Translations under genes and position numbers: made by a program
Shown: piece by piece, positions 1-8,455 of the stretch
Numbering within the stretch: the first letter of the stretch is position 1
How the letters are laid out: every line of letters begins with the position of its first letter
NCBI GenBank assembly: GCA_045130235.1
Contig: JBGUPJ010000036.1
Location: 24,142-88,141 of the forward strand
Reading direction: 5' to 3'
DNA: 64,000 bases
Source: Bacteroidales bacterium
Lineage (GTDB): Bacteria; Bacteroidota; Bacteroidia; Bacteroidales; WCHB1-69
The notes under the pieces: generated by a model
The model's input: only the letters and a program-made list of their open reading frames with translations
Databases searched by the model: none
What the model was told of the DNA's origin: nothing

Positions 1-744
1 GCCGTAATCAGTGCCGTATGCACTGATGTTCACAATCTGATAACCATACTTGTCGTATGGCCTGATAGAGGAGCCTCCACTGCCTTTTTCCAACACCAGC
101 TCATTAGGCAGACTGTCGAAGGCTTCTTCTTCGGAGTAGTACATTTTGCAAGAAAGGAAATACTCCTTCAGACGTCTGTCAATCTCTTCCACAGAAACCG
201 TTTTCCAGTCCACATCAGGGAATGTCTGTTCTGAAATACTTTCTTTGATAGCATCCGACGCCACTCGATAATTCCAATCCACATAGTGAGTCGGCAAGCC
301 GACAATGCGATCGTATTTATTGCCCACTGGCACTTTATTGCGACCACTGACTTGCAGATAAAACTCTTCCTTGACTTTTGTATTGATTTGCATTCTCCAC
401 TTAAGTTCCTTGACATCAGCCAGTTCACGTTTAAGAATCTCTCCCAATGTCACATCCTTCGGTACCATCTCATCCTCTTCCACATAACCCGGGACACGGG
501 CAATCCCTTGATGAAAATAGCAGTTGCTCCCGTAGAGAATCATCTCGTCACAACCTTCCATTTCGTCTTCCGTGTGCGAAAGGATTTCTTCCACCACCTT
601 ACGGTCCTCTTCGTGCTTGCTCCACTTATTGACCAACAATTGCTGACCTTCGGCAAAGGTGTTGACGTGACCGATAATGCTGCGCCCGGAGTCGCCGAAA
701 AAATCGTCATCCCATACTACAAATTTTGTTTTCTTTTCTTTCAT
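1..744 (-). CDS. hypothetical protein, first 248 codons only (ORF runs off the left edge)
   Basis: Absent from the ORF track because it is edge-truncated. The reverse strand has ATG at 744-742 and reads MKEKKTKFVVWDDDFFGDSGRSIIGHVNTFAEGQQLLVNKWSKHEED... with no stop down to base 1. Third positions are GC-rich like the neighbouring genes. No family recognised. Confidence 0.55.
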   Translation of the reverse strand, partial: MKEKKTKFVVWDDDFFGDSGRSIIGHVNTFAEGQQLLVNKWSKHEEDRKVVEEILSHTEDEMEGCDEMILYGSNCYFHQGIARVPGYVEEDEMVPKDVTLGEILKRELADVKELKWRMQINTKVKEEFYLQVSGRNKVPVGNKYDRIVGLPTHYVDWNYRVASDAIKESISEQTFPDVDWKTVSVEEIDRRLKEYFLSCKMYYSEEEAFDSLPNELVLEKGSGGSSIRPYDKYGYQIVNISAYGTDYG

Positions 745-907
745 AATTTATGCGGTTTTAATTTTGATTAATATTTTACACAGATTTATTTTCATATTCG
801 TTGCCACCAATGTCTATTATGGGCCTAATTTTCACGCTGCAATATTACGAAGACTTTCCCCCTTTACGCATGATTTGCTAATAGCAAAAAAAAATCCCAT
901 TCTCAAA

Positions 908-954
908 TGCTCACGCAGTGAGCATCAAATCCGCAAATGCGAACGCAGTGAGCA
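908..954. promoter_or_regulatory. operator-like repeat pair upstream of the oxidoreductase operon
   Basis: AAATGCTCACGCAGTGAGCA (contains the perfect palindrome TGCTCAC-GCA-GTGAGCA, 908-924) is repeated 30 bp later as AAATGCGAACGCAGTGAGCA (938-954). The pair lies about 120-165 bp upstream of the ATG at 1073. Confidence 0.3.
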
Positions 955-1072
955 ACAAATCTTTCAAATGGCGAATAATATTCCAAAAATTTTTCGTACT
1001 TTAGCGGCCGTATTATGTGAAAAATCAAAATATTGATAATCAACTTATTAAAAAACTTAAATTCTAAACATT

Positions 1073-1294
1073 ATGGCATTTAAAGGAGCTTTAGTCATTG
1101 ACACGGAAAAGTGCAAAGGCTGCGCTGTGTGCATCACCGGATGCCCGAACAACTGCATCGCACTTTCCAAACATGTAAATGCAAAGGGTTACAACTACCT
1201 TGAAATGGTGAACGAAGATGCTTGTATCGGCTGCGCCAGCTGCGCTGTGATCTGTCCCGACGGCGTCATCGAGGTTTATCGCGCCAAGGAGTAG
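1073..1294 (+). CDS. 4Fe-4S dicluster ferredoxin subunit (delta) of 2-oxoacid:ferredoxin oxidoreductase
   Basis: 73 aa with two CxxCxxCxxxCP motifs (CKGCAVCITGCP, CIGCASCAVICP). It is the first gene of a tightly spaced four-gene operon. Confidence 0.85.
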   Translation: MAFKGALVIDTEKCKGCAVCITGCPNNCIALSKHVNAKGYNYLEMVNEDACIGCASCAVICPDGVIEVYRAKE

Positions 1295-1347
1295 TCCCTC
1301 AATTTTCATCTGAATCAAAAATCAATTAACAACTAAACAATTTCAAA

Positions 1348-2427
1348 ATGGCAAAAGAATTAAAATTAATGAAGGGTAACCAGGCCATTGCAGAGGCTGC
1401 TATCCGTTGCGGCTGCGATGGTTATTTCGGATATCCTATCACTCCTCAAAGTGAGGTTCTCGAGCATTTGATGGCCGAAAGACCCTACCTGACCACAGGT
1501 ATGGTGGTGCTCCAGGCCGAAAGTGAGCTGGCCTCCATCAACATGGTGTATGCCGGCGCCGCTGCCGGAAAACGAGTGATGACCTCCTCATCCTCCCCGG
1601 GTTTCTCCCTCATGCAGGAAGGCCTCTCCTATATCGCCGGCGCTGAACTGCCCGCCCTCTGCGTCAACGTCGTTCGTGGCGGCCCAGGTCTCGGCACCAT
1701 CCAGCCCTCACAGTCCGACTACTTCCAGACCACCAAGGGCGGCGGTCATGGCGACTATCGTCTGATCACCCTCGCCCCCGCCTCCGTGCAGGAAATGTAC
1801 GACTTCGTGGAACTCGGCTTCGACCTCGCTTTCAAATATCGCAACCCCGTCGCCATCCTCTCCGATGGTGTCATCGGTCAGGTGATGGAAAAAGTGATGG
1901 TGGACGACTACAAGCCGCGTTGGACCAACGAGTACATCGAGAAGAACTGCCCGTGGGCTGCCACCGGACACCGTTCCACCGGCAAACACCGCATCGTCAC
2001 TTCTCTTGAACTGGAAGCCCTCAAACAAGAGGCTATCAACGACCGCATCCAGGCCAAATATCGCAAATGCGAGGAAGAGGACGCCCGCTACGAAGCCATC
2101 CAGTGCGACGACGCTGAATATCTGTTCGTGGCTTACGGCTCCGCAGCCCGTATCTGCATGAAGTCCATCGAGCTGGCCCGCGCCGAAGGCATCAAAGTAG
2201 GTCTCGTGCGCCCGATCACCCTGTGGCCCTTCCCGACCAAAGCCGTTGGCGAAATCGGCGGCCGCATGAAGAAGATCCTCAGCGTTGAAATGAACGCCGG
2301 TCAGATGATCGAAGACGTGAAACTCGCCGTTGGCTGCAACGTGCCCGTCGAGCACTACGGCCGCTACGGTGGCGTCATCCCGACCCCCGTCGAAATCTTC
2401 GATGCTTTGAAAAAAATGGTTAAATAA
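1348..2427 (+). CDS. 2-oxoacid (2-oxoglutarate/2-ketoisovalerate):ferredoxin oxidoreductase alpha subunit
   Basis: N-terminus MKGNQAIAEAAIRCGCDGYFGYPITPQSE is typical of KorA/VorB-type alpha subunits. Operon context supports the call. Confidence 0.9.
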   Translation: MAKELKLMKGNQAIAEAAIRCGCDGYFGYPITPQSEVLEHLMAERPYLTTGMVVLQAESELASINMVYAGAAAGKRVMTSSSSPGFSLMQEGLSYIAGAELPALCVNVVRGGPGLGTIQPSQSDYFQTTKGGGHGDYRLITLAPASVQEMYDFVELGFDLAFKYRNPVAILSDGVIGQVMEKVMVDDYKPRWTNEYIEKNCPWAATGHRSTGKHRIVTSLELEALKQEAINDRIQAKYRKCEEEDARYEAIQCDDAEYLFVAYGSAARICMKSIELARAEGIKVGLVRPITLWPFPTKAVGEIGGRMKKILSVEMNAGQMIEDVKLAVGCNVPVEHYGRYGGVIPTPVEIFDALKKMVK

Positions 2428-2444
2428 TTAAAGTACTTGAAATT

Positions 2445-3287
2445 ATGACAAGAGAAGATATCATCAAACCCGAAAACTTAGTGTACAAACGCACTCCGGT
2501 TCTCACGGATGCCATCATGCACTATTGCCCCGGCTGCGGTCACGGTGTGGTTCACAGAATCATCGCCGAAGTGATCGAGGAGATGGGCATCCAGGACAAT
2601 GTCGTGGGTATCTCACCCGTCGGCTGCTCCGTTCTGGCTTACAACTATTTCGACGTTGACTTCGTGGAAGCCGCCCACGGTCGTGCACCGGCGTGCGCCT
2701 CCGCCATCAAGCGCCTCCGTCCCGAGACCTTCGTGTTCTCGTACCAGGGCGATGGTGACTTGGCCTCCATCGGTTGCGCCGAAGTGATGCATGCCTGCAA
2801 CCGCGGCGAGAACATCACCATGATCTTCATCAACAACGGTATCTACGGTATGACCGGCGGCCAGATGGCTCCCACCACCCTCGAGGGTATGGAGACCGTG
2901 ACCTGCCCCTACGGCCGTGACCCCGAAATCATGGGACACACCATGCGCCTCACCGAAATGCTGGCCCAGCTGCCCGGCACCTACTACGTGACCCGTCAGG
3001 CTGTCTATACACCCGCATTGGCCCGCAAGTGCAAACGCGCCATCCGTCAGGCCTTCGAGAACCAGAAGCTCAACAAGGGCGTCTCCTTCGTGGAGGTGAC
3101 CTCCAACTGCAACTCCGGCTGGAAGATGACCCCCGTACAGGCCAACAAGTGGATGGAAGAGAACACCCTCAAATACTTCCCGCTCGGCGATATGAAGGTG
3201 GACGGCAAGTTCGACCCGAATTTCGTACAGCGCGTGGCCACTTTCGACCAACCCAATGAAACCCGTTTCTCATTGAGAAGTAAATAA
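2445..3287 (+). CDS. 2-oxoacid:ferredoxin oxidoreductase beta subunit (TPP-binding)
   Basis: Contains a CPGCGHG cluster ligand motif and a GDGD...NNGIYGMTGGQ thiamine-diphosphate binding signature. Confidence 0.9.
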   Translation: MTREDIIKPENLVYKRTPVLTDAIMHYCPGCGHGVVHRIIAEVIEEMGIQDNVVGISPVGCSVLAYNYFDVDFVEAAHGRAPACASAIKRLRPETFVFSYQGDGDLASIGCAEVMHACNRGENITMIFINNGIYGMTGGQMAPTTLEGMETVTCPYGRDPEIMGHTMRLTEMLAQLPGTYYVTRQAVYTPALARKCKRAIRQAFENQKLNKGVSFVEVTSNCNSGWKMTPVQANKWMEENTLKYFPLGDMKVDGKFDPNFVQRVATFDQPNETRFSLRSK

Positions 3288-3307
3288 TAACCTTAAATTC
3301 AAAAACA

Positions 3308-3859
3308 ATGACAGAAGAAATTATTATAGCAGGCTTCGGCGGCCAGGGCGTACTCTCAATGGGTAAGATTTTGGCATACGCCGGCATCATGCAGGACAAG
3401 GAGGTCAGCTGGCTTCCCTCCTATGGCCCGGAAATGCGTGGCGGCACCTCCAATGTCACGGTTATTTTGAGCGACGAGCGTATCTGCTCCCCCTACCTTA
3501 ACCAGTTCGACACCGCCATCATCCTCAACCAGCAGTCTATGGACAAGTTCGAGTCAGCAGTGAAACCTGGCGGTTTGCTGATTTACGACCCGAACGGAAT
3601 TTCCCACCACCCCACCCGCAAAGATATCAACATCTATCAGGTGGCCGCTGCCGACAAGGCCAGCGAGCTGGGTATCTCCAAGCTGTTCAACATGATTATC
3701 CTCGGCGGTTTCCTCAAGGTGAAACCCCTTGTCACTCCTGAAATGCTCCACAAGGGTTTGGAAAAATCCCTTCCGGAACGTCACCATCACCTCATCCCCA
3801 AGAACGAAGAGGCAGTGGAGATCGGCAAGGGCCTGTTGAAACCCTATCACACCCTGTAA
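3308..3859 (+). CDS. 2-oxoacid:ferredoxin oxidoreductase gamma subunit
   Basis: N-terminus IIIAGFGGQGVLSMGKILA is typical of the gamma subunit. It is the last gene of the operon. Confidence 0.9.
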   Translation: MTEEIIIAGFGGQGVLSMGKILAYAGIMQDKEVSWLPSYGPEMRGGTSNVTVILSDERICSPYLNQFDTAIILNQQSMDKFESAVKPGGLLIYDPNGISHHPTRKDINIYQVAAADKASELGISKLFNMIILGGFLKVKPLVTPEMLHKGLEKSLPERHHHLIPKNEEAVEIGKGLLKPYHTL

Positions 3860-3884
3860 TCGCTCCGACGGTTACAGACACGAA

Positions 3885-3922
3885 GAAACGGCGAGCCGCA
3901 AGGTTCGCCGTTTCTTTATTTT
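3885..3922 (+). terminator. rho-independent terminator of the oxidoreductase operon
   Basis: Perfect 10-bp stem GAAACGGCGA (3885-3894) / TCGCCGTTTC (3905-3914) followed by TTTATTTT. Confidence 0.75.
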
Positions 3923-3985
3923 GTAAAAAACTAAAACTTAGAGAGTTAAATAATGTGTCATCACATTTTCGGCCATAAAATCATT

Positions 3986-4017
3986 AAAAAAATCACATTT
4001 TCGAAAATGGTGCGGGG
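3986..4017 (+). repeat. 32-nt direct repeat, copy 1 (AAAAAAATCACATTTTCGAAAATGGTGCGGGG)
   Basis: Matches 7025-7056 with one mismatch. An extra TCACATTTTCG lies at 3961-3971. The TCACATTTTCG...GGTG.GGG core resembles the 21-bp units at 17034-17075. Confidence 0.8.
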
Positions 4018-4232
4018 TTTTATTTGGGCGGCCCGGCTCCCTGCGGTCGCCGTCGGGCTATCCGCTGTACTTCGCTTCGCTCGTGCCGCTCCTATCCCTG
4101 CCGCGACCGAACCTCGGGGCGGGGTCGGTATAATCCATTCTGCCACGGGGGTACGGGCATCCCCACCGCCGCCTTGCAAATTCCAACGTGAAGAAATCGG
4201 GCGGAGCGAGCGTGAAAAACGATATTACTTAG
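4018..4232. repeat. GC-rich mosaic intergenic element (candidate structured RNA or REP/BIME-like repeat)
   Basis: About 215 nt with much higher GC than other intergenic DNA. Short hairpins are present (for example CCGACC...GGTCGG). It shares sub-motifs with 17404-17671 (GGT(C/G)CGGTA..CCATTC; AGCG.AGCG.AGT.C.GCGG). Track ORFs run on both strands here and are Ala/Gly/Arg/Pro low-complexity. Confidence 0.35.
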
Positions 4233-6860
4233 CTATTCGCTAATGATGGTAAGCGAACCGTGATACTCCACAGCACGGGTGAAGCCTTCATAACGGAAGG
4301 TGAAGTAGAACACCCCGTCGCTCAAGCCAGCGGCTGTGAATCCCTGCTCCGCATTGTAAATCACGCCGTCCTTCTCGTATGTACGGTAATCATTGCACTC
4401 ATACACTTTTTTGCCCCACCGGTTGTATATGGTCAGATTGTTGTGCAGGTCAGGATTCAGATTCTTGATGGCAAACACATCGTTGATATTGTCGCCGTTG
4501 GGGGTCAGCACATTCGGGAAAACAAGGTCGTCCTCCACATAAACGGTATGTTCCATTGTGGACGAACAGCCCATGTACTCCAACGAAAGCGTCACGATGA
4601 ACTCGCCCCAACTGCCGTAGGTATGTGAAATCATATACTCAGTGGTGCTTTCGGTATTTCCATCTCCGAAATCCCAATTCCAAACGAACGGATCATTGAC
4701 AGGCATCTGTGAAATATCAGTAAGATTAACGAATTGTATATCAGTTGCTTCTGATAAAAAAATCCTTTCAGGCTGCGGTACAAAATCAACCGTCGGCAAA
4801 GAGATGATGTTCAAATCCAACTCCGAAATACTGTCACAACCGAACGCATTGGTCAGATTCTGCGTATAGACAAAATCCCCCACGATATTGCTCTCCGCTT
4901 CCGAAACGACAAATCCGTACTGGTTATATCCGGTCCCCTGACAAATCGTGTCCTTGATCACCTCATGCTGGACGGGCAAAACAGTCAATGTGAGTGTTAC
5001 AATGCTATCACATCCATTAACACTCAATTCATTATGAACATAAACATGCTCCCCTACCTCGGTTGTATCGGTGTTAATGACAAAGCCGTCTTGGTTGTAA
5101 ACGTTCCCTGTGCAAACTTCGCCCTCAAGCTGAATGTCGTAAAGCGGCGCGACGGTCAGATGCAGCTCCATCACCGAATCGCAATCGGAGCCGCTGAACA
5201 AAGTGTCGAGATAGATGCCTGCCTCGGAAATTTCGGTTCCATAGAAATCATAACTTTCACCTTCACAAATGGTTGCATAAATCGGAATCGGATCCATCGG
5301 AGGCACATTGATGGTTTGGTAGAGGGTGTCATAACTTGTACCGTAGCAGTTGTTGCCCTCGCGTTCCACCACCACCATAAGCGGATAGCTGCCCGGACTA
5401 GTATAAGTATGCTGAACCGGACATCCCGCCAAGGAATCGCCATCGCCAAAGAACCAAATCATATTGTCGTAAGCATAATTGAGCAACAAATAGAAATCGA
5501 TAGGATGGTTCATGCAATAGAGTTGATTTAGGGGGATATCAACCGTATTTATTTCATTCACAAACATTTGTGTATTCAAATCCATCGTACTGGAGCCGAC
5601 GGAATAGGCATAGGAAGTCACATCGTACAAGCCATAGACGTGGGCGATGAAACCGCTGTCGCTCTCCAGTGTATGGGTGTTGTGCGTGATGTTCATGCGG
5701 GCATAGGAATAAGCCGGATTGCTTGGCAACGCGATGAAATTGGAGGAGATGTTCGCTCCGTCCAGCGTAACGGAGCCCACGTTGGTGGTGGGAGTGACCA
5801 CATTGACATAGTGGTTGGTTGTGGTGCCCCCATACTCGTAGGTGCCGAATGTGATTTTGCCGACTCTCTGCTCAATCGGGGTGATGATGACCATGGAGGG
5901 GTCGCCAGCAGTGCCACCGCACGACTGGCCGACCAGATAGAGGAAAGTGGTTGCCGGGCCGCTGGTCTCAATATAGGAGGCGTCCTGCGATGAGGTGAGC
6001 ATAAACTCGTAGGTCGCGCCGGCAGCCAGCGTGGTGACGAGGTTGCCGTCAACGCGAACGGTGGTATTGTTGTTGAGTGCCGTCACACGGACCTGGTCTT
6101 TGGTGCGCCCAAAGGAAGAGGTCACAACGAATTTGGTCCCCCAATAAGCGGTAGGCACCATCTGTTCGTAAATATGGTCGCAATAGGTGCAACCGGCGGG
6201 CACATTCGCGCATTTGTTGCCAGCATAAACGGCTATTTTCTTGCAGTCGTCGGCGATGATGGTGGAACCCGAGAAATCGTCATAAGCGCTCTGCGTCTGG
6301 AGCTGGTAGCATTGTCCCGGCTGCAAAGTGATCGAAAATGTGGAATTGGCCGAATGTCCGGAGGAGGTAGCCGCCGTGGGGGTTATATTCACAATTGTGT
6401 TGGGTTCGGTTCCCACGACCATCATAGAACTGCCGTTAAGGTTTGTCTGATAGGTCTGAACGACGTATTCGTTGGTCAGGGCGTCGGTTGGAAGGATATT
6501 GGCGCCATCAAAAGAGGCGTTCTTGTAATTCATGGAAAAGACGGAGATGGTATCGGTTGCCACGATATGGCAACCCAAATTGGCCACGGTGCCGAAGGCG
6601 GTCATATAGGCCTGGGCCAAGGGAATGACAACATCGATACGTCCGTTTGCCGGAACAGAGAAAGAGGTTGACCAGTTGGTGGAGGGATTGGTGACGGTAC
6701 CGGTACAGGCATGTTCGGCGGAAATGATCAGCGCCGTTTCCGTCGGGGTGGAGTTGTTGGTCATGAATGAGAACCAGAAATCGGTGCCCTGCGTGGATGA
6801 ATTTTGCGCAAAGCAAGAGACGGTAAAGACCAAACTTAAAAAGAATAATAGTTTTCTCAT
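4233..6860 (-). CDS. large secreted adhesin-like protein with a T9SS type B (gliding-motility CHU_C) C-terminal sorting domain
   Basis: Evidence comes from several domains. It has a signal peptide. The N-terminal GTDFWFSFMTN resembles the IgGFc-binding-protein N-terminal fold. There are two PKD-like segments (FGDGDS...HTYTSPGSY; WDFGDGNT...HTYGSWGEF). Three tandem ~55-aa Cys-containing repeats end in GCDS..L.LTV.P. The C-terminus reads FPNVLTPNGDNINDVF...GVFYFTF. Confidence 0.85.
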   Translation of the reverse strand: MRKLLFFLSLVFTVSCFAQNSSTQGTDFWFSFMTNNSTPTETALIISAEHACTGTVTNPSTNWSTSFSVPANGRIDVVIPLAQAYMTAFGTVANLGCHIVATDTISVFSMNYKNASFDGANILPTDALTNEYVVQTYQTNLNGSSMMVVGTEPNTIVNITPTAATSSGHSANSTFSITLQPGQCYQLQTQSAYDDFSGSTIIADDCKKIAVYAGNKCANVPAGCTYCDHIYEQMVPTAYWGTKFVVTSSFGRTKDQVRVTALNNNTTVRVDGNLVTTLAAGATYEFMLTSSQDASYIETSGPATTFLYLVGQSCGGTAGDPSMVIITPIEQRVGKITFGTYEYGGTTTNHYVNVVTPTTNVGSVTLDGANISSNFIALPSNPAYSYARMNITHNTHTLESDSGFIAHVYGLYDVTSYAYSVGSSTMDLNTQMFVNEINTVDIPLNQLYCMNHPIDFYLLLNYAYDNMIWFFGDGDSLAGCPVQHTYTSPGSYPLMVVVEREGNNCYGTSYDTLYQTINVPPMDPIPIYATICEGESYDFYGTEISEAGIYLDTLFSGSDCDSVMELHLTVAPLYDIQLEGEVCTGNVYNQDGFVINTDTTEVGEHVYVHNELSVNGCDSIVTLTLTVLPVQHEVIKDTICQGTGYNQYGFVVSEAESNIVGDFVYTQNLTNAFGCDSISELDLNIISLPTVDFVPQPERIFLSEATDIQFVNLTDISQMPVNDPFVWNWDFGDGNTESTTEYMISHTYGSWGEFIVTLSLEYMGCSSTMEHTVYVEDDLVFPNVLTPNGDNINDVFAIKNLNPDLHNNLTIYNRWGKKVYECNDYRTYEKDGVIYNAEQGFTAAGLSDGVFYFTFRYEGFTRAVEYHGSLTIISE

Positions 6861-6924
6861 CTTGAACTATGATTAAAAAAGAGACGTCGCTACGTTATTA
6901 GGCGCAATTTCTACAAAGATGCTG

Positions 6925-6932
6925 CAAAAATA
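6925..6932 (-). promoter_or_regulatory. -7 box TATTTTTG (Bacteroidetes TAnnTTTG type) for the adhesin gene
   Basis: The reverse complement of CAAAAATA lies about 65 nt upstream of the ATG at 6860. Confidence 0.45.
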
Positions 6933-7024
6933 ATTGTTTTTTCAAAAATTGCAATGATTTTCAAAATTGTTTTCTATATGTTCAAGCAGTAGAGACACGA
7001 TTCTTTGCGTCTCCACAGTCCATC

Positions 7025-7056
7025 AAAAAAAATCACATTTTCGGAAATGGTGCGGG
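7025..7056 (+). repeat. 32-nt direct repeat, copy 2 (AAAAAAAATCACATTTTCGGAAATGGTGCGGG)
   Basis: Near-identical to 3986-4017. It lies in the divergent region between the adhesin gene and the lipoprotein gene, 28 bp upstream of the -7 box at 7084. Confidence 0.8.
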
Positions 7057-7083
7057 CGGTTTTGTAAAAATCTCAAAAAATTG

Positions 7084-7091
7084 TATTTTTG
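7084..7091 (+). promoter_or_regulatory. -7 box TATTTTTG for the lipoprotein gene
   Basis: Exact TAnnTTTG match 23 nt upstream of the ATG at 7114. Confidence 0.5.
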
Positions 7092-7113
7092 CCCGCATTT
7101 ATACAGAAACCCC

Positions 7114-7989
7114 ATGCCGAAGCAACTGTTTCTATTTCTGACAATTACAACAATTATACTCCTTAGCGGATGCTCATCCAAAAGCGATGGAACCGACGAA
7201 AAAGCCGTCCCAGCCGCCAACCGCACCAGCCTGCACGAAAGCCACCTCCTCGGCGAAGTGAAGTCCGTGACCGACACCAAGTATATGGTCCTCCCCTTCC
7301 CCGACGGCCACGACTCGCTGGTCTTCTTCTCCACCAAATACGATACCTACAACCCAAATGGTTGGCTCTCAGGCACTGTGATGACCAACGCTGAAGGAGA
7401 CACGCTCTATGTGATGAAAGCAACTTTTGACGCAAAAGGGCACATCACTCTTAACGAGTTTTTTGATAGCGAAGGTAACAGAAGAGAATACACTGAATAT
7501 CAATACGATAATAAAGGATATCGCATAAAAGAGAGACGCTATCTCAACGACTCACTCGCCCACGAACACATCTGCACCAACGACCCCCATGGCAATCCAG
7601 AGCGAATCACCGTGAACCAAGGTGGCGACACCTATTATATGAATTACACCAACGACAATAACGGTCTGCCGGTACGCATCGACTGGGTGTCTCCCAGAAT
7701 GGGACAAGAATCTTATCAGCAGAACACCATCGAATACGACCAGAAAGGAAATATCATCAACCGCTCCGCCACCCTCAACGGCCGCAATGTGGAATTCTAC
7801 CATGCACAGTACAACGATAAAGGGCACCTCCTCAAAGAAATCTACCAATGCTCAGAACCCACTCGCTTGGAAGAGGTGGTGACCGAATACTCAAAACACG
7901 ACTCCCACGGCAACTGGACTCACCAAGAAAACACCAAAAATCAACAACGTCATTTTGTTATAGAAAGAAAAATCGAATACTATCATTAA
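7114..7989 (+). CDS. lipoprotein with YD/MORN-like repeats
   Basis: The track ORF (6967) is trimmed to the Met that begins a lipobox signal peptide, MPKQLFLFLTITTIILLSGC. Repeated (Y/F)D.KG motifs are present (TFDAKGH, YQYDNKGY, EYDQKGN, YNDKGH). Confidence 0.7.
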   Translation: MPKQLFLFLTITTIILLSGCSSKSDGTDEKAVPAANRTSLHESHLLGEVKSVTDTKYMVLPFPDGHDSLVFFSTKYDTYNPNGWLSGTVMTNAEGDTLYVMKATFDAKGHITLNEFFDSEGNRREYTEYQYDNKGYRIKERRYLNDSLAHEHICTNDPHGNPERITVNQGGDTYYMNYTNDNNGLPVRIDWVSPRMGQESYQQNTIEYDQKGNIINRSATLNGRNVEFYHAQYNDKGHLLKEIYQCSEPTRLEEVVTEYSKHDSHGNWTHQENTKNQQRHFVIERKIEYYH

Positions 7990-8008
7990 CCATTAATAAT
8001 TGAAGAAA

Positions 8009-8446
8009 ATGGATTTAAGCAAAATTTTATCAATCACCGGAAAAAGCGGTCTTTACAAACTGATTAGCAGAGGCAACAACAATTTTATCGTCGAATCATT
8101 GGCCGATGGCAAACGTTTCCCGGCCTTCTCCCATGACGGCGTAGCCAACTTGGAAAACATCTCCATCTTCACTGAGGAGGAGGACGTTTCCCTCGAATCA
8201 GTTTTCGTTTCTATGTATAAAAAAGAGAACGGCCAGCACTGCAATGTGAGCCTCACCGACGGCAACGCCATGAAGGCCTACTTCGCCGAAGTGCTGCCCA
8301 ACTACGACCGCGAGCGCGTGTATGTCTCCAACATCAAGAAGGTGATTGCTTGGTATAACCAATTGATTGATCACAATTTGATTGATTTGGAAGAGAAGAA
8401 AGAAGAGGGCGCAAGCGAGGAGACTCCTAAAACCGACGCTGAATAA
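8009..8446 (+). CDS. DUF5606-like conserved Bacteroidetes protein
   Basis: MDLSKILSITGKSGLYKLISRGNNNFIVESLADGKRFPAF matches my recollection of the DUF5606 N-terminus. The track starts at TTG 8000; ATG 8009 is preferred. Confidence 0.55.
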   Translation: MDLSKILSITGKSGLYKLISRGNNNFIVESLADGKRFPAFSHDGVANLENISIFTEEEDVSLESVFVSMYKKENGQHCNVSLTDGNAMKAYFAEVLPNYDRERVYVSNIKKVIAWYNQLIDHNLIDLEEKKEEGASEETPKTDAE

Positions 8447-8455
8447 TTTTTCAGG

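Noticed and set aside
1708-2355. Long antisense or alternate-frame ORFs in the track. Examples: 1708-2355 (-), 2613-3251 (-), 8198-8977 (-), 8743-9549 (+), 9011-9739 (-), 21119-21727 (-), 23659-24312 (-), 31595-32380 (-), 33489-34091 (-), 40440-41456 (-), 48600-49340 (+), 54893-55612 (+), 56782-57648 (+), 59741-60655 (+), 60689-61588 (+).
   Set aside because: Each lies entirely inside a well-supported gene on the other strand or in another frame. Their translations are Arg/Ala/Gly/His/Val-rich low-complexity sequences with no recognisable motifs. This is the expected shadow of GC3-rich coding sequence.
3953-4243. Track ORFs inside the GC-rich elements (3953-4243 +, 3961-4179 -, 17439-17675 -, 17458-17670 -, 17554-17736 +) as protein-coding genes.
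   Set aside because: They overlap each other on both strands, are Ala/Gly/Arg/Pro-rich, and lack promoters. They coincide with hairpin-rich repeat DNA.
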